NCBI GenBank assembly: GCA_945907045.1
Contig: CAMDSH010000019.1
Location: 649 to 64,648, forward strand
Source: Rhizobium sp. Q54
GTDB taxonomy: Bacteria > Pseudomonadota > Alphaproteobacteria > Rhizobiales > Xanthobacteraceae
Direction: 5' to 3'
Length of the DNA stretch: 64,000 bases
The notes beneath the pieces were generated by a model that was given only the letters and a program-made list of their open reading frames with translations, did not search any database and was not told where the DNA came from. The stretch's first letter is position 1; each line of letters starts with the position of its first letter. Positions 48,753 to 59,829 of this stretch are shown one piece after another. A program made the position numbers and the translations under genes.

Positions 48753-49991
48753 TTAAATCGCCTCGCCGCGCAGCAGCTTCGGCACGTCGCCGGTGAAGCC
48801 TGCCGCTTCGCGGATGAACACGCGCTTGAGCGCGGGCAGCCGCTCGACCAGTCCCAGCCCAACGTCGCGCACCAGCCGTAATACGTCCGAGCGATTGGAG
48901 AACAATCGATTCAACCCGTCGGTCGCAACGCCCATCGTCATGGTGTCGAAGCGCCGCCAGCGCTGATAGCGCTCCAGCACATCCGCGCCACCAACATCCA
49001 AACCAAGCCGCGCGGCGTCGGCAACGACTTCAGCCAGCGCGGCGACGTCGCGTAGGCCCATGTTCAAACCCTGCCCCGCGATGGGGTGAATGACATGCGC
49101 GGCATCGCCGACCAGCGCCAGCCGTTCGGCGATGAACGAGCGCGCGATGAAAAGACCGAGCGGAAACGCGCGGCGCGGCCCCGCCACTTCGATATCGCCA
49201 AGATGCAGGCCGAAGCGGCGCTCCAGTTCGGCGTGAAATTCTTTGTCGGGCAGCGCGATCAGGCGTTCGGCCTCGCGCGTTTCCTCCGTCCAGACGATGG
49301 ACGAGCGTTTTCCGGTCAGCGGCAAAATTGCGAACGGCCCTGCGGGGAGAAAATGTTCGTCGGCACGGCCATTATGGTCGCGCTCATGCGCCACCGTCGT
49401 GACGATGCCGGACTGTCCGTAATTCCAGCCGTGCGTGGCGATACCGGCGCGCTCGCGAATGCGCGACCGCGCACCGTCCGCGCCGGCGAGGAGCCGCGTG
49501 GAAACATTTTCCCCGCCGGCAAATTTCACGTCGATGTGCTGCGGGGATGTATCGAACGACTCGACCGCCGCCGCGCGCAGCTCGACGCCTTCCTCGCGCG
49601 CCTTTTTCACCAACGCATCGACGAGATGACGATTCTCGATCATGTGCGCGAACGGCTCGCCGTTCTCCACCTCGCCGCCGAACGTGAGGAACGTCGGCCG
49701 CATCGCGTCTTCCAGCTTGGAGTCGGTCACCACCATATCGAGGATCGGCTGCGCGTCGCCCGCCACCGCGTCCCACACACCGATGGTCTCGAACAGGCGG
49801 CGCGCGGCGGCGGCAATCGCGGACGCACGCATGTCGTTCGACTTCACGGCGTTCAAGCCCGGATCGGCAACCGCGACGTTGAAGCCGCCGCCCAGCCCCT
49901 GACGCAGTGCGATGCCGAGCGCCAGCCCGGCAAAACCGGCGCCGCCGATCACCACGTCAAATGGCTTTTGTACCTGCGGTTTCGCCGCCAT
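48753..49991 (-). CDS. UbiH/UbiF/Coq6-family FAD-dependent ubiquinone-biosynthesis hydroxylase
   Basis: FAD motifs DVVIGGAGFAGLALG, GADG..S..R and GDAAH.IHP.AGQG.N.G..D. Start ambiguous (49991, 49997 or 50021). Confidence 0.88.
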   Translation of the reverse strand: MAAKPQVQKPFDVVIGGAGFAGLALGIALRQGLGGGFNVAVADPGLNAVKSNDMRASAIAAAARRLFETIGVWDAVAGDAQPILDMVVTDSKLEDAMRPTFLTFGGEVENGEPFAHMIENRHLVDALVKKAREEGVELRAAAVESFDTSPQHIDVKFAGGENVSTRLLAGADGARSRIRERAGIATHGWNYGQSGIVTTVAHERDHNGRADEHFLPAGPFAILPLTGKRSSIVWTEETREAERLIALPDKEFHAELERRFGLHLGDIEVAGPRRAFPLGLFIARSFIAERLALVGDAAHVIHPIAGQGLNMGLRDVAALAEVVADAARLGLDVGGADVLERYQRWRRFDTMTMGVATDGLNRLFSNRSDVLRLVRDVGLGLVERLPALKRVFIREAAGFTGDVPKLLRGEAI

Positions 49992-50062
49992 ACGCATTCC
50001 TTGTAAACTGCGCGCCATCATAGCAGGGTGGCCGCCGTATAGCCGCCCGCCAGGATTTTTTC

Positions 50063-50923
50063 ATGGCCTCCGCCGTCGAAGACCTGCTCAGTATTCTCGA
50101 TCTCGAAGCGCTGGAAGTGAACCTGTTTCGCGGGCGCAGCCCTCAAGTCGGCTGGCAGCGCGTGTTCGGCGGGCAGGTCATCGGGCAGGCGCTGGTCGCC
50201 GCCGTGCGCACCGTCGAGGGCACGGTGCCGCATTCGATGCATGCTTATTTCCTGCTGCCGGGCGATCCCAAGGTTCCGATCATCTACGAAGTGGACCGCA
50301 TCCGCGACGGCCGCAGCTTCACCACCCGGCGCGTCATCGCCATCCAGCACGGCCAGCGCATTTTCGCGATGTCGGTCTCGTTCCACAATGACGAGCCGAG
50401 CCTCGACAATCAGGCGCAGATGCCGGACGTTCCACCGCCGGAAGAATTGCCGACCGAGGCGGAGGTGCGCGAGCGCATCCTGCCGCTGATGCCGGACCCT
50501 GTGCGCCGCTATTACGAGCGCGACCGGCCAATCGAGCTGCGGCCCGTTGAGTTCGACCGCTATCGCGGCAAGAAACTTCCCGACGGTCGATTCCATGTCT
50601 GGATCAAGACCACCGAAAAGCTGCCTGACGATCCGGCGATCCATCAATGCGTGCTGGCTTACGCCTCCGACATGACGCTGCTCGACACGGCATTGGTGCC
50701 GTTCGGGCGCACGCTGTTCGAAAAAGAATTCATGGGCGCCAGCCTCGATCATTCGCTCTGGCTGCACCGGCCGTTCCGCGCCGATGACTGGCTGCTGTAC
50801 GCGCAGGACAGCCCGAATCTGCATGGCTCGCGCGGCTTTTCGCGCGGTCTCATATTCAAGCGCGACGGCACGCTGGTCGCTTCCGTCGCGCAAGAGGGAC
50901 TGGTGCGCGAGCGGCGGAAATAA
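50063..50923 (+). CDS. tesB: acyl-CoA thioesterase II
   Basis: 286 aa. LL..L.LE.LE.NLFRG.S......RVFGGQV.GQAL.AA... and the double hot-dog TesB pattern SLDHS.W.HR. Confidence 0.9.
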   Translation: MASAVEDLLSILDLEALEVNLFRGRSPQVGWQRVFGGQVIGQALVAAVRTVEGTVPHSMHAYFLLPGDPKVPIIYEVDRIRDGRSFTTRRVIAIQHGQRIFAMSVSFHNDEPSLDNQAQMPDVPPPEELPTEAEVRERILPLMPDPVRRYYERDRPIELRPVEFDRYRGKKLPDGRFHVWIKTTEKLPDDPAIHQCVLAYASDMTLLDTALVPFGRTLFEKEFMGASLDHSLWLHRPFRADDWLLYAQDSPNLHGSRGFSRGLIFKRDGTLVASVAQEGLVRERRK

Positions 50924-51699
50924 TGCCGCGCGCCGCGTTCCTTCTCGCCTTTGCATTTTCAATAATTTTTGCCACGCAATCCTTCGCGGCATCGGAGAAG
51001 CGCTCCGCGCCGGCAGGCTCCTATGACGGCGCCCCCGCCGAGTTCACGAAATTCTCGGCAGCGGAATTGTCGCGCGGATTTCTGGCGCTTGCCTTCGGAT
51101 CGGACTTGCGCGTCGGCACAAAACCGAAAGGCATCCGCCGCTTCGACAATGCGGTGCGCATTCACGTCGCCACCGGGGGCAGCGTCACTCGCAGCGAAGC
51201 GTACCGGCTGATCCTGCACGAGTTCACCGAAAAGATTCCCAATCTGAATGCGAGCATCGTCGCGGACGCAGCGAACGCCAACATCGTCGTGCGGCTGATC
51301 GACGAGAAGGATTTTGTTTCCGCGATGGAAGCGGCGTTCGGGCGCGAGACCGCGCGCGAATTCGTCAAGCGCACCGATCCACAATGCATGACCAGCCTTA
51401 AATCGCAGGCCGAAGGCAAGGTTCTGCGCGCCGATGTCTTCATCATCGTCGACAGGGGCGACGGCGTATTTCTCGATTGCGCCTATCACGAAACGCTGCA
51501 CGCCTTCGGACTGTCCAACCACGACGACCGCAATCCGTGGACCACGCTCAATCAACGCCGGATGGTCGGCTACCTTTCTGTCTATGACCGCACGATGCTT
51601 ACGCTGCTCTACGACCCGCGCATCAAGCCCGGCATGACCAAGGACGAGGTAAGCCGGCTTTTGCCGCGTTTAATCCGCGACCTGAACCTCGCCAAATGA
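50923..51699 (+). CDS. secreted DUF2927-like protein with HExxH motif
   Basis: Signal peptide MPRAAFLLAFAFSIIFATQSFA. Motif AYHETLHAFGL (HExxH). The ATG overlaps the tesB stop (TAATG). Confidence 0.7.
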   Translation: MPRAAFLLAFAFSIIFATQSFAASEKRSAPAGSYDGAPAEFTKFSAAELSRGFLALAFGSDLRVGTKPKGIRRFDNAVRIHVATGGSVTRSEAYRLILHEFTEKIPNLNASIVADAANANIVVRLIDEKDFVSAMEAAFGRETAREFVKRTDPQCMTSLKSQAEGKVLRADVFIIVDRGDGVFLDCAYHETLHAFGLSNHDDRNPWTTLNQRRMVGYLSVYDRTMLTLLYDPRIKPGMTKDEVSRLLPRLIRDLNLAK

Positions 51700-51795
51700 G
51701 TCAGGATTCCTGACCTAATCCGCCCAGCGTCCCGGCATTTGCCTGTTGGTGCGGCAACTTTCCCGCTTAATTTTTGGGCTGCATGTCGATACCGT

Positions 51796-51812
51796 GGGCA
51801 ACGAGCCCGCAA
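51796..51812 (+). promoter_or_regulatory. candidate sigma54 (-24/-12) promoter upstream of glnK-amtB pair 1
   Basis: GGGCAA-CGAGC-CCGCAA. GG and GC have the canonical 12-nt register. About 85 nt upstream of the glnK ATG. Imperfect match to TGGCAC-N5-TTGCW. Confidence 0.25.
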
Positions 51813-51847
51813 CCGCGCGGAGCGGAACGGGTTTCGTTGCCGACTGA

Positions 51848-52234
<387 letters not shown>

Positions 52235-52264
52235 CGATTTTCAGCATTCAAGGGGGGACTAAGA

Positions 52265-53596
52265 ATGACAAAGGCGTCACTACGCCCGCTCGCGCTTATT
52301 GCCGCGGCGGCGCTCGCACTCATCACGGCATCGCCCGCCTTCGCGCAAGCCGTCACGGCGGCAAAGATCGACGCGGCCGACACCGCATGGATGATCGCCG
52401 CCACCGGACTTGTGTTGATGATGACGATTCCGGGTCTCGCGCTGTTCTACGCCGGCATGGTCCGCAAGAAGAATGTGCTCGCCACCATGGCGCAGAGCCT
52501 CGCCGCGACCATGCTGGTCTCGGTGCTGTGGGCGCTCGCCGGCTACACGCTGACCTTCACCGGCGAAGGACCTTTCATCGGCACGCTCGAGCGGCTGTTT
52601 CTCAACGGCATGAATCTCGACGCCATCAGTCCGCTGGCGAAAACGATTCCGGAAAGCCTGTTCATGATCTACCAGATGACGTTTGCGATCATCACCGTCG
52701 CGCTCGTCGCCGGATCTGTTGCCGACCGTTTGCGCTTCTCGGCGTTTCTGTTGTTCTGCGTCGGCTGGCTGTTCATCGTCTATGTGCCGATCGCGCACTG
52801 GGTGTGGGGCGGCGGATTTCTCGGTGCAGCCGGCGTGCTCGACTTCGCGGGCGGCACGGTGGTGCATCTCAATGCCGGTGTCGCGGGATTGGTCGCGGCT
52901 TACGTGCTCGGCGCGCGTCGCGGATACGGTTCGGAAAATCTCGCACCGTTCGATCTTTCGCTCGCTGTCATTGGCACCGGACTGTTGTGGGTCGGCTGGT
53001 TCGGCTTCAACGGCGGCTCGGCGCTTGGCGCAAACTCGCGCGCGTCGATGGCGATCGTCTCGACGCATCTTGCCGCCAGCGCCGGCGCGCTCACCTGGAT
53101 GGCGCTGGAGTGGTGGACGCGCGGCAAACCTTCCGTGCTCGGCATGATTTCCGGCGCAGTCGCCGGTCTCGGCACAATTACGCCCGCTTCCGGGTTCGTG
53201 ATGCCGATGCATGGCATCATCATCGGCATCATCGCAGGCGCCTTCTGCTTCTGGGCCTGCACGTGGCTGAAAGCGAAGCTCGGCTATGACGACTCGCTCG
53301 ACGTCTTCGGCGTGCACGGCGTCGGCGGCTTCACCGGCACATTGCTTACCGGCGTATTCGCGGTCGCGGCGCTCTCCGCCAGTCCGGAAACGCCGGGCGG
53401 CGTGGCCGGATTACTGGAAGGAAATCCCCATCAGGTGCTGCTCCAGCTCTACGGAATCGGCGTGACGCTGGCGTGGTCCGGCATCATGACCTTCCTGCTG
53501 CTGAAACTGATCGGCGCGATGGTGCCGTTGCGCGTGAGTCTGGAAGACGAACGTCAGGGACTCGACGTTTCCCAGCACGGCGAGGCGCTGCAATAA
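52265..53596 (+). CDS. amtB: ammonium transporter AmtB, copy 1
   Basis: 443 aa. Signal peptide, Amt signature DFAGGTVVHLNAG, WFGFNGGS, and DDSLDVFGVHGVGG. Confidence 0.95.
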   Translation: MTKASLRPLALIAAAALALITASPAFAQAVTAAKIDAADTAWMIAATGLVLMMTIPGLALFYAGMVRKKNVLATMAQSLAATMLVSVLWALAGYTLTFTGEGPFIGTLERLFLNGMNLDAISPLAKTIPESLFMIYQMTFAIITVALVAGSVADRLRFSAFLLFCVGWLFIVYVPIAHWVWGGGFLGAAGVLDFAGGTVVHLNAGVAGLVAAYVLGARRGYGSENLAPFDLSLAVIGTGLLWVGWFGFNGGSALGANSRASMAIVSTHLAASAGALTWMALEWWTRGKPSVLGMISGAVAGLGTITPASGFVMPMHGIIIGIIAGAFCFWACTWLKAKLGYDDSLDVFGVHGVGGFTGTLLTGVFAVAALSASPETPGGVAGLLEGNPHQVLLQLYGIGVTLAWSGIMTFLLLKLIGAMVPLRVSLEDERQGLDVSQHGEALQ

Positions 53597-53609
53597 CGCG
53601 ACCCGGCAA

Positions 53610-53656
53610 CCGCCGCATCCGGCCTAAATCGGGTGCGGCGGCTGCCTTTATTTTCT
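53610..53656 (+). terminator. probable intrinsic terminator after amtB copy 1
   Basis: CCGCCGCATCC...GGGTGCGGCGG: an 11-bp stem (one G.U) with a 10-nt loop, followed by the T-rich CTGCCTTTATTTTCT. Confidence 0.6.
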
Positions 53657-53777
53657 GACTAATTATTATGCAAACCTGACGACTCTTTGGGCGTACAGGC
53701 CGGGCGGCATTTTCGCCGATTCGGAACTTTCAAAAATTCCTCCACCGATTCAGCCGCATAGCCCTCTGCCCGGTATT

Positions 53778-53793
53778 TGGCACGGCGTTTGAT
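53778..53793 (+). promoter_or_regulatory. candidate sigma54 (-24/-12) promoter upstream of glnK-amtB pair 2
   Basis: TGGCAC-GGCGT-TTGAT. Perfect -24 element and spacing, but -12 reads GA instead of GC. 107 nt upstream of the glnK2 ATG. Confidence 0.35.
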
Positions 53794-53899
53794 TCTATCT
53801 CCCTGGCTATGCCCGCGAAGTACGCTTCGTAAGGCGGAGCTCAGTGAGAACCGCCCGCACTGTGTGAGGCATAAACGGGCTCAAGCGGGGATCGAATCC

Positions 53900-54238
53900 A
53901 TGAAAATCGTCATGGCCATTATCAAACCATTCAAGCTCGACGAGGTCCGCGATGCTTTGACCTCGACCGGGGTGCAAGGACTTACCGTTACCGAGGTCAA
54001 GGGATACGGACGTCAAAAGGGTCACACGGAAATCTACCGTGGGGCTGAATATGCCGTGAGCTTCCTTCCGAAACTCAAGGTCGAGGTGGCGGTGCCGGCC
54101 AATCAGGTCAGCAAAGTCATTGCTGCCATCACCGGAGCGGCCAAGACCGGCCAAATCGGCGACGGCAAAATCTTCGTCATCGACCTCGATCACGCCGTGC
54201 GCATCCGCACCGGCGAGAGCGACGCCGCGGCGCTCTGA
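53900..54238 (+). CDS. glnK: nitrogen regulatory protein P-II (GlnK), copy 2
   Basis: 112 aa. [20 protein letters not shown]...[19 protein letters not shown]...GDGKIFV. The longer ORF start at 53777 is unlikely. Confidence 0.95.
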   Translation: MKIVMAIIKPFKLDEVRDALTSTGVQGLTVTEVKGYGRQKGHTEIYRGAEYAVSFLPKLKVEVAVPANQVSKVIAAITGAAKTGQIGDGKIFVIDLDHAVRIRTGESDAAAL

Positions 54239-54275
54239 ACCCGCACCTCAATCGTACACGGACAGGAGTTAGACC

Positions 54276-55763
54276 ATGACGTTCAAAATAACATACCGTG
54301 CGGGACTGGGGCTTGCTGCTCTCGCCGCCGGTCTACTGATTTCGGATTGGGCGTTTGCTCAAGCCGCCGCGCCTGCGGCTGCTCCGGCAGCGCCTGCGCC
54401 GATTACGTTCAACAAAGGCGACAATGCCTGGATGCTCTCGGCCACCGTGCTGGTGCTGTTGATGACCATTCCCGGCCTTGCGTTGTTCTACGGCGGACTC
54501 GTCCGTTCGAAGAACATGCTCTCGGTGCTCGCGCACGTTTTCTACACCGTGTGCATCGTCACCATCATCTGGGTGGTCTACGGCTACAGCCTCGCCTTCA
54601 CCGGCGGCTCGCCTTACATCGGCGGGTTCTCGAAAGCCTTCCTGATGGGCGTAACGGCGGATTCTCAGGCCGCGACGTTCTCAGTCGGCTCGACCATCCA
54701 CGAATACATCTACATCTGCTTCCAGATGACCTTCGCCGCGATCACGCCCGCGCTGATCGTCGGAGCCTTCGCCGAACGCATCAAGTTCTCGGCGGTGGTT
54801 CTGTTCATTCCGCTCTGGGTGACGTTCGTCTACTTCCCGATCGCGCACATGGTCTGGTACTGGGCCGGTCCTGACGCCATCGACGCAGCTGCGAAAGCTC
54901 TCGCTGCCGCGACAACTCCTGCCGCCAAGAAAGTGGCGCAGGATGCTCTCGACGCCGTCAACGCCGATGCGGGCCAGGTCTTCATCTGGGGCGCCATCGA
55001 CTTCGCCGGCGGCACCGTCGTGCACATCAACGCCGGCATCGCCGGTCTCGTTGGTGCGATCATGATCGGCAAGCGCACCGGCTACGGCAAAGAGCTGATG
55101 GCCCCGCACTCGCTGACCATGACCATGATCGGCGCTGCGCTCTTGTGGGTTGGCTGGTTCGGCTTCAACGCCGGTTCCAACCTTGAAGCAAACGGCGGCG
55201 CTGCGCTCGCCATGATCAACTCGTTCGTCGCTACGGCCGGCGCTGCCCTGTCGTGGATGTTCGTCGAATGGGCGGTCAAGGGTAAGCCCTCGTTGCTCGG
55301 CATGCTGTCCGGCTGCGTCGCCGGCTTGGTTGCCGTCACTCCGGCGTCCGGCTTCTCCGGACCGATGGGCGCCATCGTGCTCGGCCTCGTCACCGGCGTG
55401 GTGTGCTTCGTCTCCTGCACCACCATCAAGAACGCGCTCGGATACGACGACTCGCTCGACGTGTTCGGCGTGCACTGCATCGGCGGGATCATCGGCGCCC
55501 TCGGCACCGGCATCCTGGTGAATCCGGCGCTCGGTGGCGCTGGCATCATGGACTACACCATCGGCAAGATCGCCGATTACGACATGACCACGCAGATGAT
55601 CGCGCAGGGCAAAGCCGTCCTGACGACTCTCGTGTGGTCCGGTGTTGGCTCCGCCATCCTCTACAAGGTGGTCGATCTGATCGTCGGCTTGCGCGTTCCG
55701 TCCGATAAAGAGCGCGAAGGCCTCGATCTCACCGAACAGGGCGAGCGCGCTTACAACATGTAA
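54276..55763 (+). CDS. amtB: ammonium transporter AmtB, copy 2 (longer, with Ala-rich loop insertion)
   Basis: 495 aa. DFAGGTVVHINAG, WFGFNAGS, DDSLDVFGVHCIGG. AGGAG Shine-Dalgarno. Has an insert of about 35 aa (PDAIDAAAKALAAATTPAAKKVAQDALDAVNADAGQ) relative to copy 1. Confidence 0.95.
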   Translation: MTFKITYRAGLGLAALAAGLLISDWAFAQAAAPAAAPAAPAPITFNKGDNAWMLSATVLVLLMTIPGLALFYGGLVRSKNMLSVLAHVFYTVCIVTIIWVVYGYSLAFTGGSPYIGGFSKAFLMGVTADSQAATFSVGSTIHEYIYICFQMTFAAITPALIVGAFAERIKFSAVVLFIPLWVTFVYFPIAHMVWYWAGPDAIDAAAKALAAATTPAAKKVAQDALDAVNADAGQVFIWGAIDFAGGTVVHINAGIAGLVGAIMIGKRTGYGKELMAPHSLTMTMIGAALLWVGWFGFNAGSNLEANGGAALAMINSFVATAGAALSWMFVEWAVKGKPSLLGMLSGCVAGLVAVTPASGFSGPMGAIVLGLVTGVVCFVSCTTIKNALGYDDSLDVFGVHCIGGIIGALGTGILVNPALGGAGIMDYTIGKIADYDMTTQMIAQGKAVLTTLVWSGVGSAILYKVVDLIVGLRVPSDKEREGLDLTEQGERAYNM

Positions 55764-55821
55764 GAGCCGCGTCCTGACAGCCTAACGGCAGGGGCGGAAA
55801 CCCGGCACTGTCCCTTCCGTC

Positions 55822-55860
55822 GAGCCCTCGGTCCACCCGGACCGGGGGCTCTCTCTTTTT
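55822..55860 (+). terminator. Rho-independent terminator after amtB copy 2
   Basis: GAGCCCTCGGTCC-ACCC-GGACCGGGGGCTC: a 13-bp stem (one G.U) followed by TCTCTTTTT. Confidence 0.8.
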
Positions 55861-55997
55861 GAGGCCTTTGCCGCCGGGAAATGCCCGCCAACCGATGGTT
55901 AATCGGGTCTTAACCTCGCTCCTCCTATGCTGCCAAACCTGACCCTCGCGGCTTCGCGGGGGCGCCCGCTGTCGCGTGTCCGTTGCGGTCTGTGATC

Positions 55998-57209
55998 ATG
56001 ACAAGTGCCGAGCGCCAAACAGTTGCCAGCGCCGCGCCCGCGGTGGACATGCGCTCGCCGTTCGTGCGGCTGACCGAACTGTTGGGCGATGCCAAGCCGG
56101 GCAAGCCCGCGATCAATCTCTCTGTCGGCGAACCGCAACACGCTGTACCGCCGTTCGTCGGGCCGGTGCTCGCCGCGCATCTCGCCGACTTCGGCCGCTA
56201 TCCGCCCAACAAGGGCACCGAATCTTTTCGCCGCGCCGCCGCCGCGTGGCTTGACCAGCGCTACAAGCTCAAGCGCCCGGTCGATCCCGAACATGAAGTG
56301 CTCGTGCTCAACGGTACGCGCGAGGGATTATTTCTCGCCGCCATCGCCGCCAAGCGCTGGGTGCAAAAGCGTGCGGGGCCGCCCGCGATTCTCATTCCGA
56401 ATCCGTTTTACGCCGCCTATGCCGCCGGTGCTTCCGGCGCGGAATGCGAGCCGGTGTACATGCCGGCGCGCAAGGGAAATGGTTTCCTGCCCGATCTCGA
56501 TGCGCTGGGCGACGAACTGCTCGCGCGCACGGTCGTGTTTTATCTCGCGTCGCCCGCGAACCCGCAGGGCGCGGTCGCCAGCGAGGCTTATCTCGCGCGG
56601 CTCGCGGGGCTGGCGCGGCGCTTCGGGTTTCTGGTGTTCAACGACGAATGCTATTGCGAGATTTACAGCGAGCACGCGCCGCCTGGAATGCTGGAGGCCG
56701 CCGGGCCGGATTTCGCCAACGCCGTCGTGTTCCACTCGCTCTCCAAGCGTTCGAGCCTGCCGGGCCTGCGCGTCGGTTTCGCCGCCGGTGACCGCCGCTT
56801 CCTCGCGCACTTTCTCGAGTTGCGTAACGTTGCCGCGCCGCAGGTGCCGGTGCCGGCGCAGGAGGTCGCGGTCGCGGCTTATGGCGACGAGAGTCATGTC
56901 GAGGAAAACCGGCGCCTGTACAACGCCAAGTTCGATCTCGCCGACCAGATCATCGGCGACCGCTACGGCTACAAGCGCCCCGCCGGCGGATTTTTTCTCT
57001 GGCTCGACGTCGCCGCGCAAGGCGGCAGCGAAGCCGTCACCAAAAAACTATGGCGCGAGGCCGGCGTTCGCGTCGTGCCGGGTCGCTATCTCGCGCGCGA
57101 ACAGAACGACGGCAGCAATCCCGGCGCGGACTACATCCGCGTCGCCATGGTGCAAGACAATACTGCCACGGCGGAGGCGCTGCATCGCCTCGTCGCGGTG
57201 TTGGGTTAA
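55998..57209 (+). CDS. class I/II PLP-dependent aminotransferase (DapC/AspC-like)
   Basis: About 403 aa. ...INLSVGEP....P......Y....G...FR.A...W..., PLP-lysine motif SLSKRSSLPGLRVGF, and NPF(Y)AAY. ATG at 55998 preferred to TTG at 55983. Confidence 0.85.
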   Translation: MTSAERQTVASAAPAVDMRSPFVRLTELLGDAKPGKPAINLSVGEPQHAVPPFVGPVLAAHLADFGRYPPNKGTESFRRAAAAWLDQRYKLKRPVDPEHEVLVLNGTREGLFLAAIAAKRWVQKRAGPPAILIPNPFYAAYAAGASGAECEPVYMPARKGNGFLPDLDALGDELLARTVVFYLASPANPQGAVASEAYLARLAGLARRFGFLVFNDECYCEIYSEHAPPGMLEAAGPDFANAVVFHSLSKRSSLPGLRVGFAAGDRRFLAHFLELRNVAAPQVPVPAQEVAVAAYGDESHVEENRRLYNAKFDLADQIIGDRYGYKRPAGGFFLWLDVAAQGGSEAVTKKLWREAGVRVVPGRYLAREQNDGSNPGADYIRVAMVQDNTATAEALHRLVAVLG

Positions 57210-57278
57210 GCCCATGATCCCGAAAAGTGGAAACCGGTTTTCGGAAAAGACCATGCGCCAATTGAGAAGGCCAAAGTA

Positions 57279-59699
57279 ATGCCTGCGATCGACCGCAGCC
57301 TCGATGCCGTCGCGTTCCTCTCGGAACATTTCCGCGACATTCTGCGCCGCCGTTTGCGCGAATGCGCGGGGCTTGTCCTGATCACGCTTGCGCTGCTCGG
57401 ATCGATCGCGCTCGCCACCTGGTCGGTGCAGGACCCATCGCTCAGTCACGCGGTGAGCACGCCAGTGCGCAATCTGCTCGGCACCACCGGCGCCATCGCC
57501 GCCGATCTGCTGATGCAATTGTTCGGGCTGGCCGCCATCGTGTTTCTGCTGCCCGCCGCCGTCTGGGGCATCCGGTTGATCGCGCATCGCCCGCTCGGGA
57601 CCAAAAGCCGCGCGGCGTTGTGGATTCTCGCGCTGCCGCTCGCCGCAGGTTTTGTCTCATGCCTGCCGCGCAGCGCATCATGGCCGCTCCCCACAGGGCT
57701 CGGCGGCGTCACCGGCGATGCAATGCTGCGTCTGCCCGCGATGATCTTGGGTGCGCCCACCGGCTTTAATCTGCTCCTCATCGCGATCGTATTCGGCATT
57801 GCCGCTGTGGCCGCGCTTGGCCTAGCGACTGGAATCGGCTGGGCGCCGCCCGCCGATGAAAGCTCCGCTCCCGCTTCGCGCGCCGGAGAAATTGACGAGC
57901 CATATCTGCAGGAAGAAGAGCGCGCCTCGGTGCTGTTGGGATGGATCGTGCATGCGCGGCTCAGCCTCAAATCCCGCATCGGCCGCCTGTTCGGCGGATC
58001 GCAGCGTCCGCAACGCCGCGCAGCCATACCGCATGCCGCGGGCGGGCGCGTCGAGCCGCGCTTTGACGATTTCGCCCGCGCGCCGCTCGCGCCTGAGGCG
58101 GAATACGACGACACCGGCGAGCAAGAAGAAGCGCCGCAACGAACGCGCCGCCGCGCCGCGCCACGTTCGCGCCGCTCAGGCAACGGCTACACGCTGCCCG
58201 CGCTCTCGCTCCTCACCGCGCAACGCGCCATCGAGCGCACGACGCTGCCGAAGGAAGTCATCCAGGAAAACGCCACCATGCTGGAAAGCGTGCTGGCCGA
58301 TTTCGGCGTGCGCGGCGAAATCATCAATGCGCGCCCCGGTCCGGTCGTCACGCTGTACGAACTCGAACCCGCGCCCGGCATCAAATCCAGCCGCGTCATC
58401 GGCCTTGCCGACGACATCGCCCGTTCGATGAGCGCGGTGTCGGCGCGCGTCGCGGTCGTGTCGGGCCGCAACGCCATCGGCATCGAATTGCCGAACCCGA
58501 CGCGCGAAAAAGTTTACCTGCGCGAATTGCTGTCGAACGACGACTACAACGAGACCACCGCCAAGCTTCCCCTTTGTCTCGGCAAGACCATCGGTGGCGA
58601 ATCCGTGATCGTCGATCTCGCGCGCATGCCGCATCTGCTCATCGCCGGCACCACCGGCTCGGGCAAATCGGTTGCCATCAACACCATGATCCTTTCGCTG
58701 GTCTACCGGCTCACGCCCGACCAATGCCGCCTGATCATGGTCGATCCGAAAATGCTTGAGCTTTCCGTCTACGACGGCATTCCGCATCTGCTCACGCCGG
58801 TCGTGACCGATCCGAAGAAAGCCGTCGTCGCGCTCAAGTGGGCCGTGCGCGAGATGGAAGAGCGCTACAAGAAAATGTCGAAGCTCGGCGTGCGCAACAT
58901 CGACGGTTACAACGCGCGCCTCCTTGAAGCCAAGGCCAAGGGCGAGTCGCTCTCGCGCACCGTGCACACCGGCTACGACAAGGAAAGCGGTCAGGCTATC
59001 TACGAGAAGGAAGAGCTTGAACTCGAAGCGCTGCCCTATCTCGTCGTCATCGTCGACGAAATGGCCGACCTGATGATGGTCGCCGGCAAGGACATTGAAG
59101 GCGCGATCCAGCGTCTCGCGCAGATGGCGCGCGCGGCCGGCATCCACGTCATCCTCGCCACGCAGCGCCCGTCGGTCGACGTCATCACCGGCACCATCAA
59201 GGCTAACTTCCCGACGCGCGTATCGTTTCAGGTCACGTCGAAGATCGACAGCCGCACGATCTTGGGCGAGCAGGGCGCCGAGCAGCTGCTGGGCCAAGGC
59301 GACATGCTTTATATGGCAGGCGGCGGGCGCATCAGCCGCGTGCACGGGCCGTTCGTCTCAGACGACGAGGTCGAAAAGGTTGTGCGCCATCTCAAGTCGC
59401 AGGGCGCGCCGGAATACCTCGAAGAAGTCACCGCCATGGACGAGGAAGACAGCGATACGCCGTTGTTCGATCAGACCGGCATGGGCGGCGGCGAGGGCGA
59501 TCTCTACAGCCAGGCGGTGGCCATCGTCACGCGCGATCGCAAGGCCTCCACCAGCTACATCCAGCGCCGCCTGCAGATCGGCTACAACCGGGCGGCGACC
59601 ATCATGGAGCGGATGGAGCAGGAGGGCATTATCGGCCAGCCCAATCATGCCGGAAAACGTGAAATTCTGGTCGGCGAAGACCCGCAGCAACGCTTCTGA
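57279..59699 (+). CDS. ftsK: DNA translocase FtsK
   Basis: 806 aa. N-terminal TM helices, a Pro/Arg-rich linker, motor domain with Walker [11 protein letters not shown] and Walker [12 protein letters not shown], and a gamma domain ...[19 protein letters not shown]. Confidence 0.95.
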   Translation: MPAIDRSLDAVAFLSEHFRDILRRRLRECAGLVLITLALLGSIALATWSVQDPSLSHAVSTPVRNLLGTTGAIAADLLMQLFGLAAIVFLLPAAVWGIRLIAHRPLGTKSRAALWILALPLAAGFVSCLPRSASWPLPTGLGGVTGDAMLRLPAMILGAPTGFNLLLIAIVFGIAAVAALGLATGIGWAPPADESSAPASRAGEIDEPYLQEEERASVLLGWIVHARLSLKSRIGRLFGGSQRPQRRAAIPHAAGGRVEPRFDDFARAPLAPEAEYDDTGEQEEAPQRTRRRAAPRSRRSGNGYTLPALSLLTAQRAIERTTLPKEVIQENATMLESVLADFGVRGEIINARPGPVVTLYELEPAPGIKSSRVIGLADDIARSMSAVSARVAVVSGRNAIGIELPNPTREKVYLRELLSNDDYNETTAKLPLCLGKTIGGESVIVDLARMPHLLIAGTTGSGKSVAINTMILSLVYRLTPDQCRLIMVDPKMLELSVYDGIPHLLTPVVTDPKKAVVALKWAVREMEERYKKMSKLGVRNIDGYNARLLEAKAKGESLSRTVHTGYDKESGQAIYEKEELELEALPYLVVIVDEMADLMMVAGKDIEGAIQRLAQMARAAGIHVILATQRPSVDVITGTIKANFPTRVSFQVTSKIDSRTILGEQGAEQLLGQGDMLYMAGGGRISRVHGPFVSDDEVEKVVRHLKSQGAPEYLEEVTAMDEEDSDTPLFDQTGMGGGEGDLYSQAVAIVTRDRKASTSYIQRRLQIGYNRAATIMERMEQEGIIGQPNHAGKREILVGEDPQQRF

Positions 59700-59829
59700 A
59701 AACTCCCCTATTGAGAATCGCCGCAACCGCGGTTAACTCGGACTGGGCCGTGAAATCGCCACAGCCCGCGGTTAGATGAATCGTCAAGGGCGCGAGCAGA
59801 GACCAAGCAGACATAAGGACTTGAGGCCG